A stretch of 63,397 bases of DNA, counting the filler, from Barthelona sp. PAP020 (taxonomy: Eukaryota): assembly GCA_040182905.1 (NCBI GenBank). It is 47 parts of 47 records of this genome, joined end to end, with 100 filler letters (N's around TTAATTAATTAA, not from the genome) between each part and the next. Parts side by side here need not be neighbours in the genome. Positions count along the whole stretch, not along the records: positions 11,847 to 13,172 come from JARQWU010000975.1; positions 13,273 to 14,595 come from JARQWU010000976.1; positions 14,696 to 16,020 come from JARQWU010000977.1; positions 16,121 to 17,426 come from JARQWU010000978.1; positions 17,527 to 18,832 come from JARQWU010000979.1; positions 18,933 to 20,236 come from JARQWU010000980.1; positions 20,337 to 21,638 come from JARQWU010000981.1; positions 21,739 to 23,036 come from JARQWU010000982.1; 39 more parts are not named here. One strand, written 5' to 3'. Shown one piece after another: positions 11,857 to 24,524 of the stretch (positions are counted from its first letter, which is position 1; every line of letters begins with the position of its first letter). A program made the position numbers and the translations under genes. Under the pieces are notes generated by a model. That model searched no databases. It saw nothing but the letters and a program-made list of their open reading frames with translations, and was not told the DNA's origin.

Positions 11857-13172
11857 ATGAAGACGAAGACTCAGAATTTGCCACTGAGTAAGAGTGATCC
11901 TGAGTTATATAGTTTATTAAATCAAGAAATGAAACGTCAGAGTAACGGTTTAGAATTGATTGCAAGTGAGAATTTCACTAGTCAAGCTGTTTTAGAATGT
12001 TTGGGATCTGCATTTACGAATAAATATTCTGAAGGGTATCCTGGTAAACGTTATTATGGAGGTAATCAAATTATTGATCAAAATGAAATTCTTTGTCAAG
12101 AGCGTGGATTAGCTGCCTTTCATTTGGACCCTGAGAAATGGGGAATCAATGTTCAACCATATAGCGGTTCACCTGCCAACTTTGCTGTATATACTAGTTT
12201 GTTGCAACCTCATGATCGTATTATGGGACTTGATTTGCCTCATGGTGGGCATTTGACACATGGTTTTATGACAGATAAGACTCGTGTATCTGCCACGTCT
12301 ATCTTTTTTGAGTCAATGCCATACAGATTAAATGAAGAAACTGGAATTATTGATTATGATGCTTTGGAAAAATCTGCCATGTTATTCAGACCTAAGATTA
12401 TTATTGCTGGTGCTTCTGCATATCCCAGAGAAATTGACTATCGTAGAATGCGTGAAATTGCAGATTCTTGTGGAGCATATTTGATGGCTGATATGGCTCA
12501 CATTGCTGGTTTGGTTGCTGCTGGTGAAATAAATGATCCCTTTGAACATTGTGATATTGTAACGACCACTAGTCACAAGACTTTAAGAGGACCCAGAGCT
12601 GGTGTTATTTTTTACCGTAAGGGAGTCAGATCTTACAATAAGGGAAAACCAGTTATGTATGATTTGGAGAAGAATATTGATCGTGCTGTTTTTCCTGGAT
12701 TACAAGGAGGTCCTCATAATAATGTTATTGCAGGTATTTCCACATGTTTTCATGAGGCAATGCAACCCGAGTTTAAGGAATACCAAAAACAGGTCAAGAA
12801 GAATGCAAAGCAACTTGCAGATTCCCTACTTAATTATGGGTTTGATTTGGTTTCTGGTGGCACCGACAATCATTTGATGTTGGTTGATTTGAGATCAAAG
12901 GGTATTGATGGTGCTCGTGTTGAAAGCTTATTGGAAATTTGTGATATTACAGTCAACAAAAACAGTGTTCCTGGTGACAAATCTGCTGTTGTACCAGGTG
13001 GAATTCGTCTGGGAGCTCCTGCATTGACTTCTAGAGGATTCAAGGAAAGAGATTTTGAAATTGTTGCATCATTCTTCAACCAAGGTGTTGAAATTGCTAA
13101 AATGATCCAAGCCGATTCCGGAAGCACAAAATTAAAAGATTTTAAGACCTATTTACAAAAACATGCCGATGA
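11857..13172 (+). CDS. SHMT: Serine hydroxymethyltransferase, partial
   Basis: [24 protein letters not shown] and the PLP lysine motif [12 protein letters not shown]. Confidence 0.97.
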
Positions 13173-13274
13173 NNNNNNNNNNNNNNNNNNNNNNNNNNNN
13201 NNNNNNNNNNNNNNNNTTAATTAATTAANNNNNNNNNNNNNNNNNNNNNNNNNNNNNNNNNNNNNNNNNNNNAT

Positions 13275-14595
13275 TTACTCTTCAATCTCATTAGACTCTG
13301 GAAAATGTGCTTCAGAAGATGTTCTGGTTCTCTCATCATCTTCTTCTTTGTCTTCTTCTTCTTCCTCTTCGTAATTATAATCATCTTCTTCATCTTCTTC
13401 CAATGCATCTGGAATAAATTCTTCATCTTCCTCTTCATTGTCTTCTGCAAATGCTGAGGTTGCAGCAGTTACTTTAACACCGTCTTTTGTCATCTTTCTT
13501 TGGTGCATTTTGATTTCCTTCATTTCCAAGAAAATCATTAAATCTTGTTTGGACAACACTGGAATTTGGGCAAATATTAAAGATCCTCTGTTATTACCCT
13601 TAATAACAACCTCCATTTCAAAATAATCAGTTTGATCTTTAAATTGTACATAATCTATTTGTTTGTAAGGTAAAAAGAAAGGTTTTGAAGCAGGCAAAAA
13701 GAAACCCATTGGTAAAGGGTATAAATAACCCTCTTGCTTGTCAAAGTAACATTCCAAAGCCGGAACAGGCTCAACATCCTGACTTAAGAAGGTTACATGA
13801 GGAATAATAGTCTTATTAACAAAAGCTTCTAACAATAATTCGATGCCCCCTTTCAAAGTACCACTGTAAGTTTCACCTTTCAATTTTGACAATAAAGAAA
13901 ACTCTTCATCTTCGTTTTTGTCACTTTCATCCAAATTAAAGATGAGATCAACTTGCTTTTCATCAGTAATTCTAATGACGATAAAATTAGTGTGGGAAGA
14001 CTTTCTAGTGATTGCTTTCTTCAATGCTAACACAAAGAATCCTTGTTCATTACCACTGAACGCATTTTCTCTTGGTTTATTCAAAAAATACATGAATTGA
14101 ATGTTGTCATATGAAATTCTGAAATCAGAGGTTTCACCATACATTCGGAAGAAAGTGTCATTGAAAGCAATTCTATTACATCCTTGAGGAGATAAAATAG
14201 GTACATGATTCAATGTAACTATGACTTTTGAATGTGTACCAACTTTAGATCCATAATTTTTCAAAGTTTGATGCCATTGCCTTACTGACAAATTTGTTGA
14301 TTTGGAAATGTTGAACTTTTCAATTGGAGGCAATTCATGTTCAGTTATTAGATCCATATGATCACAAACTTCGTTGAATTCAGGTGGAATGAAGAACTTT
14401 ATGCCAGAAATAATATCACCAGTCTTTTCAGCCATCTTCTCATGGTCAAATTCAAAACCAATAAAATTACTTTCTTGAGAAATATCACTTACTTCGTCAA
14501 GAGGAAAATAGAAGTATGGTTCATCCGCATTTCCAAACAATAAATTTTCATCCTTAACATTGATTTTTCCCCAAGAATACCCATCAGTGTTCATT
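13275..14595 (-). CDS. SSRP1: FACT complex subunit SSRP1/Pob3
   Basis: GYSWGK N-terminus, PILSPQG..FRMYGETSDFRISY, QEGYLYPL and an acidic tail. Confidence 0.85.
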
Positions 14596-14695
14596 NNNNN
14601 NNNNNNNNNNNNNNNNNNNNNNNNNNNNNNNNNNNNNNNTTAATTAATTAANNNNNNNNNNNNNNNNNNNNNNNNNNNNNNNNNNNNNNNNNNNN

Positions 14696-14798
14696 ACAAG
14701 CTGCTGATTTAGCTCAAAAACAAGAGAATACACCTGTTAGAGGACAAGGTCAAAAAGATTATGGAAGTAGATCAACAGGCATGAAAGGATTTGAATAA
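14696..14798 (+). CDS. 3' end of an unknown ORF (QAADLAQKQENTPVRGQGQKDYGSRSTGMKGFE*), duplicated at 16121-16221
   Basis: The coding sequence is identical in two contigs but ends in TAA in one and TGA in the other. Confidence 0.45.
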
Positions 14799-14894
14799 AA
14801 TATTATTACACGTGTATAGATGTATGTTATAAAAATAGACTTTTTTTATTTACAGCAACAAATAGGTTGCAGTTGTGGACAAACAAAGAAAAAA

Positions 14895-15290
14895 ATAAGG
14901 GTTGGTCACAAGCCAATTATTTTTGGCGAATCGAAATTTTCCAATTCTTCCTTTTTCCCTCCGCGTACGGAACTTTTCCTTAACCTACCCCCAAATTTTT
15001 GACCTGCCATAGTAATGCATGAAAACTTGCACAATTAGGATAAATTTTTAAAAATATCGGAGCGTTATGCTCTTTTGAGCAATTAGTAATGCAGTATTTC
15101 ACATCCTATATGGGGCTTAACACTTCCATGACAGCCTATGAAAGAGTAAGTCTCAAAACAGAGAGGTTCCTTTCAGGAACGCTGGATCCCCTGAAAAGAA
15201 TAAAGATTAAGGTTATTTATTTATTAATCAACTGAGAGTCCCAGTCTCTGATTTGGGAAAGTTCTGGAAAAGGTTCGTACAAGAAGAAAA
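14895..15290 (-). repeat. Repeat family 1, diverged full copy
   Basis: Reverse-complement match to 1509-1907. Confidence 0.88.
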
Positions 15291-16020
15291 ATTAATACCA
15301 GATGCTGAAATCTATGCATACTTGAATGACATTCACATCGCTATTCCAAAAAGCTCTGAGTTTGTCAAAAGAAAAGTCTTTCATTTATCTCAAGTTGTTC
15401 TCTCTCATGTCAATTTAGAGTTAAATACAACCAAATGTAAACAAGTACATCAATTTGATGAAGTTCTTGGAATTCCTCTTGGAATACGAGACTTTTCAAG
15501 AAATAGACTCACTGCTGAGTTTGAGAAGTATGTTAACTTTTTAATGCAAAACACTTCACGTCATGGTGCTTTTGTAATGTTTAAAAGATATATTTATCCA
15601 AAATTTCATTTCTTCTTAAGAAATTCTCCAGTAGCAACCGACATTTGTCCTCACTTGGATAAAGTTTTTCTTAACTTTATGAATTGGTTAGAAATCCCTG
15701 AGAAGTATCATTGTCCATCCTGTTTCAATGGTGTTGGTATTCTCAAACCTAGTATCTATAACAAAATGGGTAGGAATTCTCTCCTCTTTGATTTAATTCA
15801 AGATGACATTATCGAGCTCACTGATGAGAATGAAGAAATATATGAACATGTCTTTCAACAGTTACAAAGTTCATCTTCCCTCAAACTCACACATCCCACA
15901 CTGTTCAAATTTAATTCAGAAGAGTTGGTTGGTTCAACACAACGTAAACTCACACTCTGTTTCTTTGCCAGCACAGATAACAAAGTTGATGAATTAAACT
16001 TGAAACCAAAACTGCAAAAC
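15291..16020 (+). pseudogene. CRE/SLACS-like non-LTR retrotransposon RT fragment; 5' truncated, catalytic motif reads YLND
   Basis: AYLND..LELNTTKC..VLGIPLG..PKFHFFLRNSP..CPSCFNGVG follows the RLE-type RT palm/thumb layout. Confidence 0.8.
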
Positions 16021-16317
16021 NNNNNNNNNNNNNNNNNNNNNNNNNNNNNNNNNNNNNNNNNNNNTTAATTAATTAANNNNNNNNNNNNNNNNNNNNNNNN
16101 NNNNNNNNNNNNNNNNNNNNAAGCTGCTGATTTAGCTCAAAAACAAGAGAATACACCTGTTAGAGGACAAGGTCAAAAAGATTATGGAAGTAGATCAACA
16201 GGCATGAAAGGATTTGAATGAAATATTATTACACGTGTATAGATGTATGTTATAAAAACAGAATTTTTTTATTTACAGAGACAAACAGGTTGCAGTTGAG
16301 GACAAACAAACAAAAAA

Positions 16318-16717
16318 ATGAGGGTTGTTCACAAGCCTATTATTTTTTGGCGAATCGAAATTTTCCAATTCTTCCTTTTTCCCTCGAGGTACGGAACTTT
16401 TCCTTAACCTACCCCCAAATTTTTGACTTGCCACGGTGAATGCATGGAAACTTACACAATTAGGATAAAGTTTTAATAGTATCGGAGCGTTAAGCTCTTT
16501 TGAGCAATTAGTAATGCAGTATTTCACACCCTGCGTGTGCCGTAGCTCTTCTACGAAAGCCTATGAAAGAGTAGGTCTCAAAAAATAGAAGTTCCTTTCA
16601 AGAACGCTGGATCTCCCGAAAAGAACAAAGATTAAGGTTTATTATTTATTAGTCAACTTAGTTTTCCCAGTCTCTAATTTGGGAAAGTTCTGGAAAATGT
16701 TCGTACAAGAAGAAAAA
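16318..16717 (-). repeat. Repeat family 1, full copy
   Basis: Reverse-complement match to 1509-1907. Confidence 0.9.
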
Positions 16718-16887
16718 GTAAATAACAATTTTAAAATGAATCTATCTGTTAAAAAAATGATACACATTAAAAAACTAATTGCTAAAAATTAACTCAATTT
16801 AAGCCAAGTAATTTAGCTAAACAACGTTTACTACCAACCAACAATCTTTCGTTTATGAAACAATATGCTGCCAATTATAATTTTATA

Positions 16888-17426
16888 ATGCTCAAGAGGA
16901 ACAGAAACTTCACGACCATCCACATGTCTATATTCATGTTTATGTCTTGTTCTTAAATATTTAAATCTATGATTTTTCAAAATCCTTAAAAAACAAATAC
17001 CAGATGCTGAAATCTATGCATACTTGGATGATATCCACATTGCTATTCCAAAAAGCTCTGAATTTGTTAAAAGGCAAGTCTTTCATTTATCTCAAGTTGT
17101 TCTCTCTCATGTCAATTTAGAGTTAAATACAACCAAATGTAAACAAGTACATCAATTTGATGAAGTCCTTGGAATTCCTCTTGGAATACGAGACTTTTCA
17201 AGAAATAGACTCACTGTTGAGTTTGAGAAGTATGTGAACTTTCTAATGCAAAACACTTCACGTCATGGTGCTTTTGTAATGTTTAAAAGATATATTTATC
17301 CAAAGTTTCATTTCTTCCCGAGAAATTCTCCAGTAGCAACCGATATTTGTCCTCACTTAGATAAAGTTTTTCTTAACTTTATGAATTGGTTAGAAATCCC
17401 TGAGAAGTATCATTGTCCATCATGTT
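16888..17426 (+). pseudogene. Second CRE-like RT fragment with intact AYLDD and a decayed upstream motif
   Basis: Near-identical to 15291-15724. Upstream SRGTETSRP..CLCL resembles a decayed QGxP motif and is separated by stops. Confidence 0.8.
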
Positions 17427-17534
17427 NNNNNNNNNNNNNNNNNNNNNNNNNNNNNNNNNNNNNNNNNNNNTTAATTAATTAANNNNNNNNNNNNNNNNNN
17501 NNNNNNNNNNNNNNNNNNNNNNNNNNTTAATATT

Positions 17535-18832
17535 ATGAATAGAAGAAGCATCGATGCACCACAGAAAGTGGTTATTTCTGCGTCACAATTTAAAGCTATG
17601 AAAAGTTTGGCACAACCTCGTGAAATTAGAAACAGACAGTTTTTAGAAACCAAAAAGAAAGAGACAGAATTTAAGGAAAAAGCGATTAAAAAGCGTCATG
17701 TAATTGAAGCAGCATCCTCACCACCTAGACGTTTTGAATTTCAAGATGAAGATGAAAAGAAGGCTTTAGCTTTAAAAAATCGTGCAATAGATGCAAAAAT
17801 TGAAAGCATGGATGAAATAAAGATTATGAATTCAAAAATTTTGGCAGCAAAATGTACAGCTATTCGTGAAAGACAAGTTGAATCTAATAAAGAACGTAAA
17901 AAACGTTTAGAACAAGAACAATTACGTTTGGATAAAATGATGTTGGTTGATCAAATAAAACGAGACCAAGCTCGAGAAGAAAGAGAAGATTTGAAATCGA
18001 GAGAGAGAAGGGATGGAGCAAAGATCATTCTCACTCAGCTGGCTGAAAGAGAAGAACGCAGAAGAAGAGAAGAAGAAGCCAAAATCAGAGATGCAGAAGA
18101 ATTGAAGAGATTGAATAAGGCTTTATTGGAAGCAGAAAAGAAAGCTATTATTGAAAAGGAAGAACAGGCCAAGATATTAAGAGCTGCATTAGATGAAGCC
18201 AATGCATCTGCAATTCAAGGAAAAGAAGAGCAAAAGAGACTTGAAGAGGAAGAGTTTGCGCGAATTCAACAGCATCTAATTGAAAAAGACAAGCAAATTG
18301 CTAAATTGCAAGAACAAAAAGAATTAGAAACAAAGCGAAAAGAATTGGAAGTTGCTAAGATACGTTCTCGTCAAGAAAAGCGTCAAGATATGAAGAATGA
18401 AAAAGAAGATTTGTTGATTAGGCGTGCTCAAGAAGAATCTGAAAGAAGAGCAAGGGAAAAAGAAAGATTAGAAGCTCAAAAGAAAAGGGAAATGGCTGCT
18501 GAATTGGACCGTTCTAGACAAATGCAACTCAATGACATTCGTGCCAGAAGACTTCAGCAATTGCATTCAGAAGAAGATCTTCATAATTCTTTGTTGAGTG
18601 AAAGTAGATTGGGTCAAGTTAAGGATGAGATGTTAGCATCCAAGAAATTGGAAGAAACTAACCTAAATAGAACTTTTGTTTTAGATCAAATCGAACGTAG
18701 AGAAAAAGAAAGAAAACTTCAAAGAGAAATGGAGTTACGTGAGGAAGAAGAGTTAAGAAGAGAAAAAGAAGAAAATGCCAGGATTGTGAAGGAAGCTAGA
18801 GAAAAGAAGTTAGCTGAAATGCGAGCATTGGG
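17535..18832 (+). CDS. CFAP45: Cilia/flagella-associated protein 45 (CCDC19), 3' partial
   Basis: DEIKIMNSKILAAKCTAIRERQ signature followed by a long charged coiled coil. Confidence 0.85.
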
Positions 18833-18946
18833 NNNNNNNNNNNNNNNNNNNNNNNNNNNNNNNNNNNNNNNNNNNNTTAATTAATTAANNNNNNNNNNNN
18901 NNNNNNNNNNNNNNNNNNNNNNNNNNNNNNNNTATTTTATTTTAGA

Positions 18947-20231
18947 ATGTCTGACCAAGAACAACAATCAGAACAACAACAATTAACATTCATCTCAAAT
19001 TACAACCAGGTATGAGTTTAATTAACGTTTTTCTAACATGTAGGAAATTGAGGATTTTGATGATATGGGTTTAGATGATGAACTTTTACGTGGATTAACA
19101 TCCGTCGGTTTTGAATTTCCTTCCAAGATTCAAAAACTTGCAATTGCACCTATGATTGCTGGTAAGGATGTTATTGCTCAATCCCAATCTGGTACTGGTA
19201 AAACAGCTACCTTTGTCACTTCAGTTCTTCAAAACATCGATCCTAGTATTAAAAAAGTTCAAGGATTAATTCTTTCTCCTGTTCGTGAACTTGCTGATCA
19301 AACATATGATTTTGCTATGAAGGTTTCTCGTTTTATGAAAGGTGTCACTATTTGTAATGCTATTGGTGGTATTACATCTGTTGATGACAATTTAAAGAAG
19401 ATTCATCGTGAAGGTGCTCAAATCATTATTGGTACACCTGGACGTGTCTTAGGGTTATTAGATGATAGTAGAACTCGTAACTATGGAGATCTTTCCCTCG
19501 AACACTTGAAAATTTTTGCCATTGATGAAGCTGATGAAATGCTTTCTCAAGGTTTCATTGAACAAGTTGTTGATATCTTTAAACGTGGTCCATCTGATGT
19601 CCAAGTTTGTTTAGTTTCAGCCACTTTGCCCCCTGAAATTTTAGCCATTACTGATACCTTTATGAGAGACCCTATCAGAATCTTAGTTCCTGCTGATGAG
19701 CTTACTTTGAAAGGTATTCAACAATATTATATAGCTGTTGATAATCAATGGAAATTCCAAACTTTGAATGATTTGTATGCCAATATTGAAGTTCAACAAT
19801 CAGTTATTTTTGTCAATAGAAAGATTCATGCCACTACTCTTCATGAAAAGTTGCTTGCTATGAATTGGCCTGTTGCTATTTCTCATGGTGATATGACACC
19901 TCAAGAACGTGAGTTGGTGTTACAAAAATTCAGAAATTGTGAGTTCCGTATATTGATCACAACCGATCTTTTGGCTAGAGGTATCGATGTTCAACAAGTT
20001 TCTTTAGTTTTCAACTATGATGTTCCCACCGGTGACAACGCTCGTGAAACATATCTTCACCGTATCGGACGTTCTGGTCGTTATGGTAGAAAAGGTTTTG
20101 CCATTAATTTCGTTACTCCTAATGACTACGACTTCATTATTTCTTTAGAAAAGCATTATGAATGCAGTATTGCCGAACTTCCCGGTAACATTGGAGAAAT
20201 TATTGCCAAGGGTGCTGCTGATGATGAATAA
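18947..20231 (+). CDS. eIF4A: eIF4A-family DEAD-box helicase; exons 18947-19009 and 19044-20231
   Basis: AQSQSGTGKT, DEADEM, ARGIDVQQVSLV and HRIGRSGR motifs; an upstream ATG joins in frame after a 34-nt intron. Confidence 0.93.
19010..19043 (+). other. Spliceosomal intron, 34 nt
   Basis: GTATGA...TTCTAACATGTAG; phase 0, frame preserved. Confidence 0.88.
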
Positions 20232-20712
20232 CTTTANNNNNNNNNNNNNNNNNNNNNNNNNNNNNNNNNNNNNNNNNNNNTTAATTAATTAANNNNNNNN
20301 NNNNNNNNNNNNNNNNNNNNNNNNNNNNNNNNNNNNTCCTTAATCTACGTATTGTAGACGCAGTACGTACACTGTGAACGTTTGTTGGTTTAGGACGGTT
20401 GGGATTATCTGCAGTATGTGATTGAAGAGGCATTACAAAAAATAATAAATAATAGTTCTTTATATTTTGATATTTTATTGATTAAAGAGTTGATTTCTTA
20501 AAATAATAAGAAAGTACATATTTTGAAACATCTCTTTTTTCAAAATTACAAAAATGATTTAAAACATTCCAATAAAATTTATCTAAAAAGACGAATTAAT
20601 TTATTAACTATCTCAAATGTTATAAAGAATCAACAAATTTCGTATTTTCAAGAGGAAAGAAAAGCTTCAATTGAGATAAACATGTCTAAAGTTTTATCTT
20701 TTTTTCCTTTGT

Positions 20713-21638
20713 ATGAAACGTGATCCATCATTGTCAACCCAAATGAGTGATAGTGATTCAGAAAGTGAGACTGATTATTCAAATTCTTCTGAAGATGAAT
20801 ATGAAGTTACCATGAAACCATTACAAAAGAATAATGAATCGGTTATGGATTCTGACAGTTCTGATGGTTATGATTCAGAAAGTGAAAGTGAAAATAGTTC
20901 TTCTGATAATGAAGATAATACTTCTGCAATAGATCTTCCTGCATTGAAAGTTAACAATTCCGAAATTAGTTCAGATAGTGAAAGTGATAGTGATAGTGAT
21001 TCAAAATCTGAAAGTGAATCAGAAAAGGAAGAAGAAAAAGAAGAGTCTGAATCTGAATCTGAGTCTGAAAGTGAAAGTGAAAGTGAAAAGGAGGAAGAAA
21101 AGGAAGAGTCTGAATCCGAATCTGAATCTGAATCAGAGTCCGAATCCGAAAGTGAAAGTGAAAAGGAAGAAGAAAAGGAGGAGTCTGAGTCCGAGTCCGA
21201 GTCTGAATCTGAAAGTGAAAGTGAAAAGGAGGAAGAGAAGGAAGAGTCTGAGTCTGAATCTGAATCCGAATCCGAGTCTGAATCTGAAAGTGAATCAGAA
21301 AAGGAGGAAGAGAAGGAAGAGTCTGAATCCGAATCCGAATCTGAGTCTGAAAGTGAATCTGAAAAGGAAGAAGAAAAGGAAGAGTCTGAGTCTGAATCTG
21401 AATCCGAATCCGAGTCTGAATCTGAAAGTGAATCAGAAAAGGAGGAAGAAAAGGAAGAGTCTGAGTCCGAGTCTGAATCTGAAAGTGAAAGTGAAAAGGA
21501 GGAAGAGAAGGAAGAGTCTGAATCCGAATCTGAATCTGAATCCGAATCCGAGTCTGAATCTGAAAGTGAATCAGAAAAGGAGGAAGAAAAGGAAGAGTCT
21601 GAGTCCGAGTCTGAGTCCGAGTCTGAATCTGAAAGTGA
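20713..21638 (+). CDS. Extremely acidic low-complexity protein, (ES)n-EKEEEKEE repeats, 3' partial
   Basis: Open frame; synonymous variation among Ser and Glu codons keeps the peptide repeat. Confidence 0.75.
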
Positions 21639-21738
21639 NNNNNNNNNNNNNNNNNNNNNNNNNNNNNNNNNNNNNNNNNNNNTTAATTAATTAANNNNNN
21701 NNNNNNNNNNNNNNNNNNNNNNNNNNNNNNNNNNNNNN

Positions 21739-21857
21739 TTCTTTGGTCGACCATTATCTTCAAATCCATCCATATCGAACCCATCTGGAACAACCACTCG
21801 ATCCATATTATACTTAACATAAGGGTCAGTTTCCTCAACTGCAGTGTTAACAATCAT
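21739..21857 (-). CDS. 5' end of an ankyrin-family gene (N-cap MIVNTAVEETDPYVKYNMD...)
   Basis: Near-identical to the start of the 26067 gene. Confidence 0.85.
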
Positions 21858-22758
21858 TGTCGGCAAAAAAAATAAGATCCTCCAAATTTGTCATTTCTCT
21901 TTGGATATCAATATTTATCCCTCAAATCAGGCATTATTTTAATTTAGTTGTTGGCAAAATGAAATTTGATAATTGATTGACTGGTTTGTGAAGAACACTT
22001 TACAATATAATTTAATTCTTTCTTGAGATTACCTTTTTCGAATTGATGCAGCGAATTAAGCTTTTTATATTGATTTAAACTTCGTGAAAATGTCCCACAA
22101 TTGTGAAAGTTGGTCATGATTATGTTTGTTCGAATAATTTTTACAAAAGACATTCTTCCCATTCATTTTTACAGATTTGTTGATGTAATGATGGTGTTGA
22201 CATATTTTTAATCACGAAATTCACAAATTGAAAGTACAAAAGTGCGATATGTATCTTCTTTTTTTCTTCCATTGATGAAACCTTTTTCACTTCTTCAATG
22301 AGAGTTTCCAACGTTGTTAGTGTGCCAACCTTCAATTTAGTTAAAAGAGCAACATTATTTATAATCAATATTTTTTGTTCTTGTTGTGTTGGGCTCCAAT
22401 AATTGATATGGTAACAATAAGAAAAGATAAAAGTGGCCTGATACTTTGCTCCAGTAGTGACATAAACTTATTTGCAGTGAAAGTAAACCCAAAGAGTCAT
22501 TTTGTGAATTTCCGAAAAACTCAGGGTGTGAGATCCAGACTGAAAGTACACTATATGAATCCAGGTTGTGTCTTTGGAAAGAATTCCTGACCCTACTTTT
22601 TTGATCTTTTGCAAAAAGCAAAATTTCAAAGTAAATAGGTTTAAATAGAAAATCTAAAGTTCTTTAACAGATCAATCGGGCCTCGAAAGCCTTTAACCAA
22701 ATAAACACTATTCTTTTTTATTCACTCATACGCACAGTGCTTCTTGGCTTGGAAATAA
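21858..22758 (-). mobile_element. Repeat family 2 long left arm leading directly into an ankyrin gene
   Basis: Starts TTATTTCCAAGCCAAGAAGCAC on the minus strand; homologous to 29161-29963 and 55588-55996. Confidence 0.8.
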
Positions 22759-23136
22759 TTTGTCATTGAAAGGAAATTCAAAAGACAAAATTGACTGAAT
22801 ATTAAATAAATGACCTGGGGGAGAAATAAATGACTCCTATTCAATCTTTTATGAGAAAGTATGAAGAATTGGAATTCAATTTCCATTTAAAAAAACAAAA
22901 AAAGTTTTTTTTCCTTTTCCATTTTATTTAATTTTATTTTTACACACTTCCACTTCATTTTCAATCAATGAAGGTAATAGGGTATTTTTAAACAAATACT
23001 TGCGGATTAATTCAATGAGCAAATATGTTGGGAAAANNNNNNNNNNNNNNNNNNNNNNNNNNNNNNNNNNNNNNNNNNNNTTAATTAATTAANNNNNNNN
23101 NNNNNNNNNNNNNNNNNNNNNNNNNNNNNNNNNNNN

Positions 23137-23281
23137 AAATTTGCTAGAATGAGTTTTCTGAGTTTACTTTCTTTGTAAATAAATATAGTTGTTTCACAAC
23201 TGGACCAATAAATTCCGTTCATTGAGCATGAACTTCCACATTTTCTTTGTAAATAAATATAGTTGTTTCACAACTGGACCA
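23137..23281 (+). mobile_element. Repeat family 2 hairpin end, tandemly duplicated
   Basis: CTTTGTAAATAAATATAGTTGTTTCACAACTGGACCA occurs twice, separated by a family 3 fragment. Confidence 0.82.
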
Positions 23282-23680
23282 AAATCTTTCTTTTTCCCAT
23301 ATATTCTTACACATAATTCCATTTCTCAAGTTCAATATATAGCAAGTATAAAAATCTTTCCGGTACTATCAATATTTTTATTCATTATTTCCATTAATTT
23401 TCAAAACTTTTCTTTGAAAAATCATGAGATAAATATTAAAAAAATAATTATTTTATTTTCATTTTTATTTTTATTTTTATTTTTTTCTTTCAGTATTTAT
23501 TGCTTTTTCAACAAGCAATGTGAATATTTTCAAGGTTTTTCAGGCCTAATTGGTCAAAAGTCTGACACCACAAACATGAATTAAATGATGAAATGAAATT
23601 GTGTTTTAAATTTACAAATTGAAAACCTAAGAAGCGATGACGTGTAATAACGGATGTAAGTGCAAATACAATGTGGAATT

Positions 23681-24424
23681 TTACAGGTTTGAAGCAATGA
23701 ATTCTTGGATTGGGTCATTATTTGGATAACCGTTCCCACTACACAACAAACGAGTTCCATCATGGTTGAGGGCCATAGCACGAATATTAAAACACACCCG
23801 CACTTCCTGCAACACTTGACCTGTTTCTCTTCGAATCACAGCAAATGATCCTTCATAAGAACCAGAATAGATCAATAAACCATCTTGGGAAAATATGATT
23901 GAGTTTATCCAATTATTACCATGAACCTTATACTTTCCCACCAATTCTCTAGATTCAACATGAAATATCCTGATTCCACTATCTTCATCACCTGTCACCC
24001 AATAAGCACCATCTGGTGAGAAGTTGCCTGATATGACCCACTTTCCATCATGAGTCCACGTGTAAAGCTCTTCACACGTCTCTAATGAAAACAACTTTGA
24101 ACATCCATCATCGCTGACAGAAGCAAAGTACTTCATATCGGGGCTGATGCGTACAGAATTAACAGAATTTTCATGAGCTTGAGATTCATGCAACTTCTGT
24201 CCTTCAACCGTGTATATCGCAATGTAACCATCACTCATGCCAAAAGAAAGCAATTTGCCATCTGGTGAGAACCACACACTTGATACATTCTTTGCCATGC
24301 CCCTAATCACTCTTACTATTCTCCAAGTATCAACCTCAATGATATGAATTGCTGGACCATAACCACCAACAGCCAATAGCTTGGAGTCGGGACTGAAATT
24401 GAGACCAAGAGCCTTCAAATACTT
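23681..24424 (-). CDS. WD40-repeat protein, 5' partial
   Basis: Repeated FSPDGKLL, HENSVNSVRISPD and FSPDGAYW blades. Confidence 0.9.
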   Translation of the reverse strand, partial: KYLKALGLNFSPDSKLLAVGGYGPAIHIIEVDTWRIVRVIRGMAKNVSSVWFSPDGKLLSFGMSDGYIAIYTVEGQKLHESQAHENSVNSVRISPDMKYFASVSDDGCSKLFSLETCEELYTWTHDGKWVISGNFSPDGAYWVTGDEDSGIRIFHVESRELVGKYKVHGNNWINSIIFSQDGLLIYSGSYEGSFAVIRRETGQVLQEVRVCFNIRAMALNHDGTRLLCSGNGYPNNDPIQEFIASNL

Positions 24425-24524
24425 NNNNNNNNNNNNNNNNNNNNNNNNNNNNNNNNNNNNNNNNNNNNTTAATTAATTAANNNNNNNNNNNNNNNNNNNN
24501 NNNNNNNNNNNNNNNNNNNNNNNN

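Noticed and set aside
14696..15290. ORF tail plus structured repeat as a Fanzor/TnpB gene with omega RNA
   Set aside because: The 33-aa tail shows no RuvC-III or zinc-finger motif, and the repeat occurs independently of that ORF.
20337..20435. Small hairpins in a GC-richer patch
   Set aside because: It reads as a minus-strand protein N-terminus (MPLQSHTADNPNRPKPT...) and is single-copy.
20978..21694. Lys/Arg-rich alternate-frame ORF
   Set aside because: It is a frameshifted reading of the Glu-Ser repeat; third-position variation fits the acidic frame.
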